The notes under the pieces were generated by a model, which was given only the letters and a program-made list of their open reading frames with translations, did not search any database and was not told where the DNA came from. The translations under genes and the position numbers were made by a program. Shown here piece after piece: positions 61,750 through 64,000 of a DNA stretch of 64,000 bases (position 1 is the stretch's first letter; each line of letters starts with the position of its first letter). This stretch comes from Veleropilina oligotropha (taxonomy: Eukaryota). Where the stretch lies: positions 1 through 64,000 of the forward strand of contig JBEUKZ010000137.1 in the NCBI GenBank assembly GCA_048128005.1. Reading direction: 5' to 3'.

Positions 61750-62846
61750 TGGTGAAATAAGTAGTTATTTGAGCATATCATGTAACATATTGGCGTTGAT
61801 TTGATAATGTTTAGTGGTGATTTTATGTGAAATCCGCAAATTATCGAACAATACTCAATTTTACGGAAATCTGATGTCGGCCGCGTGTGTTGTTGAATGG
61901 ACCAAATCTACACATAAGTGGTTATTTGTAAATATTTGACGTATTTGCGTTACTTTCGTTGTGTTTACTGGTGATTTTATGTGAAATCCGCAAATTATTG
62001 GACAATACGCAAGTTACGAAAATCTGATGGCAGTCGCGTGTGTGGTTGAATGGATCAAATCTATATTTCATATGCCGAAATACGAAGCTATTTGTGAATA
62101 TTTAGGTATATGCAATGTATTTGCGTTGTTTTCTTAGTGTTTAGTGGCGACTTTATATACGAAAAATGCGCAAAATATTTTTCAGTAACGTAATTTATGT
62201 TACGGACATCCAATGTCTGCCGGGTATGATTTTAATAGGGCAAATCTATATTTAATATGCCAAATAAGTAGTTATTTGTGAATATTTAGGTACATTAATA
62301 CGTAAAGTATAAATTTGCGTTCCTTTCATGGTGTTTTGTTGTGATTTTATACGAAATACGCAAAATATCGTACAATCCGCAAGTTACGGAAATCTATAAT
62401 GTCGGTCGCGTGAGTTCTTGAATGGACCAATTCTATATTTAACATGCCGAAATAAGTAGCTATTTGTGAATATTTAGGCGACCGACATCAGATTTCCGTA
62501 ACTTGCGTATTGTCCGATAATTTGCGGATTTCACATATAGTCACAACTAAACACCACGAAACAAATACATATTAGTATTACATATTATGCCTAAATTTTC
62601 ACAAATAACTACTTATTTCGGCATGTTAAATATAGATTTGGTCCATTCAACCACACACGCGGCTAACATAAGATTTCCGTAACTTCCGTATTCATTGTCC
62701 GATAATTTGCGGATTTCACATAAAATCATCACTAAACACCACGAAAACAACGCAAATACATTACAATACATATACCCAAATATATACAAATAACCACCTA
62801 TTTCGGCATATTAATTAAGTGTAGGTTTGGTCCATTCAACCACACG
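61750..62846. repeat. Foldback array: ~140-170-bp tandem units in direct orientation, then inverted about ~62480
   Basis: GTGATTTTATGTGAAATCCGCAAATTAT..TTACGGAAATCTGATG..GAATGGACCAAATCTA units at 61750-62478 and their reverse complements at 62481-62846. Confidence 0.8.
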
Positions 62847-63444
62847 TGCTATTTGTAATCACGGTTTGACAGGATTCAATTAGGCAGTAGCCTGCTATCC
62901 AATTGTAGTATATATATTTGTTTTGTATTTATATCATGATTATTTCTACAAATAAAATATGTTTAAACGAATTGATTGAAGTCACGCCTTCGAACCAGCG
63001 TAATCACTACGTACTGCGAGTTAAATGGATTTAACACAACTATCTTCACAAGAAAGCTACTCGTCGATTGGCACATGTTATATAGTGACATCACATAGTT
63101 AACGACTAAAGATATGGTATCGGTCAACATTTCGCAAATTATAATATTCGGTTACTTTCGTGAGATTTTACGCCTGATTCCAGCTCTTCGTCATTTCAAG
63201 TTCTGTCCGCCTCACGCCCCCGTGTATACTATATACCGTATACCAGATTATACCGTACAGGTGTTGTCAGTTTGACGAAACATAACTAATAAAGTTTATA
63301 TAAAATAATTATATGAACGTTATAAACCATTTTAGCCTTTGTCTGAATTGCTGGTCTCATTTATTTATAAGAACAAATTCATCGAAATAACGCAAATGAA
63401 TGTTATTCCGTAATACATCTTATCTACATCTACTGGTCGCGATA

Positions 63445-63528
63445 GTTATATATATATATAATTATATGCAATATATATAATTATATGCGATATATATAAT
63501 TATATGCGATATATATATAATTATATAT
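63445..63528. repeat. AT-rich minisatellite (ATATATATAATTATATGCR)n
   Basis: About four direct units. Confidence 0.85.
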
Positions 63529-63856
63529 GACTGATTCTCACGAAAATGTATGAGATTTGGTGCATTTCAGCCAATATATTTTATTATAATTTAAGTATGT
63601 TATCTCAGTGTGTTTTATTTTATTCTAGCATGTCTAGAATTATAAAAATGTATACTTTTGATTAATTTACAAGACATGGGCTTTTATATTTATCTACATA
63701 AAGTACAAATCCACATAAATGCATCCATAACACAGGGATTAAATACAAATAAACACCATTTTCAATCTATTTTTGAAGCATGTCGGGTATTTTACAAGTT
63801 GAAATTACTTTGGGGATATCAGCGCAAAATCTTTGAGTAATAGTAAAACGTGTACG

Positions 63857-63969
63857 TATAGTTCGTGACACCGGTTAAAAATATAAGTTGACAATTAGCT
63901 AACATCTTTCGCTATTTTTATAGTTCGTGACACCGGTTAAAAATATAAGTTGATAATTAACTAACATCT
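63857..63969. repeat. 62-bp tandem duplication
   Basis: TATAGTTCGTGACACCGGTTAAAAATATAAGTTGA occurs twice. Confidence 0.85.
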
Positions 63970-64000
63970 GTTGCTATCTTTCTTTAGGTACTCAACACTT

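Overview
AT-rich animal genomic DNA (the repeat repertoire suggests a lophotrochozoan such as a mollusc or annelid; this is inference) made almost entirely of nested transposable elements. No host gene could be supported. The window holds five copies of one I-group (I/Nimb-like) LINE family, here called family A (ORF1 gag-like with CCHC knuckles; ORF2 APE-RT-RNase H-CCHC; (AAATC)n tail), and one near-intact copy of a second, diverged family B nested inside A3. All six lie on the + strand. They are inserted into spliced, decayed DNA transposons (a five-exon CACTA/EnSpm transposase, an EnSpm accessory gene, MULE elements), alongside SINEs, Helentron-like non-autonomous elements and MITEs. The most interesting signal is in the ~580-600 nt LINE 5' leaders. 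Family B starts exactly at G1 of an HDV-like ribozyme fold, family A starts with a different pseudoknot module, and both continue into two large RNA domains with compensatory base changes and pseudoknots that end about 20 nt before the ORF1 AUG. This is a candidate ribozyme-plus-IRES leader system. All structures were folded by eye and are untested.
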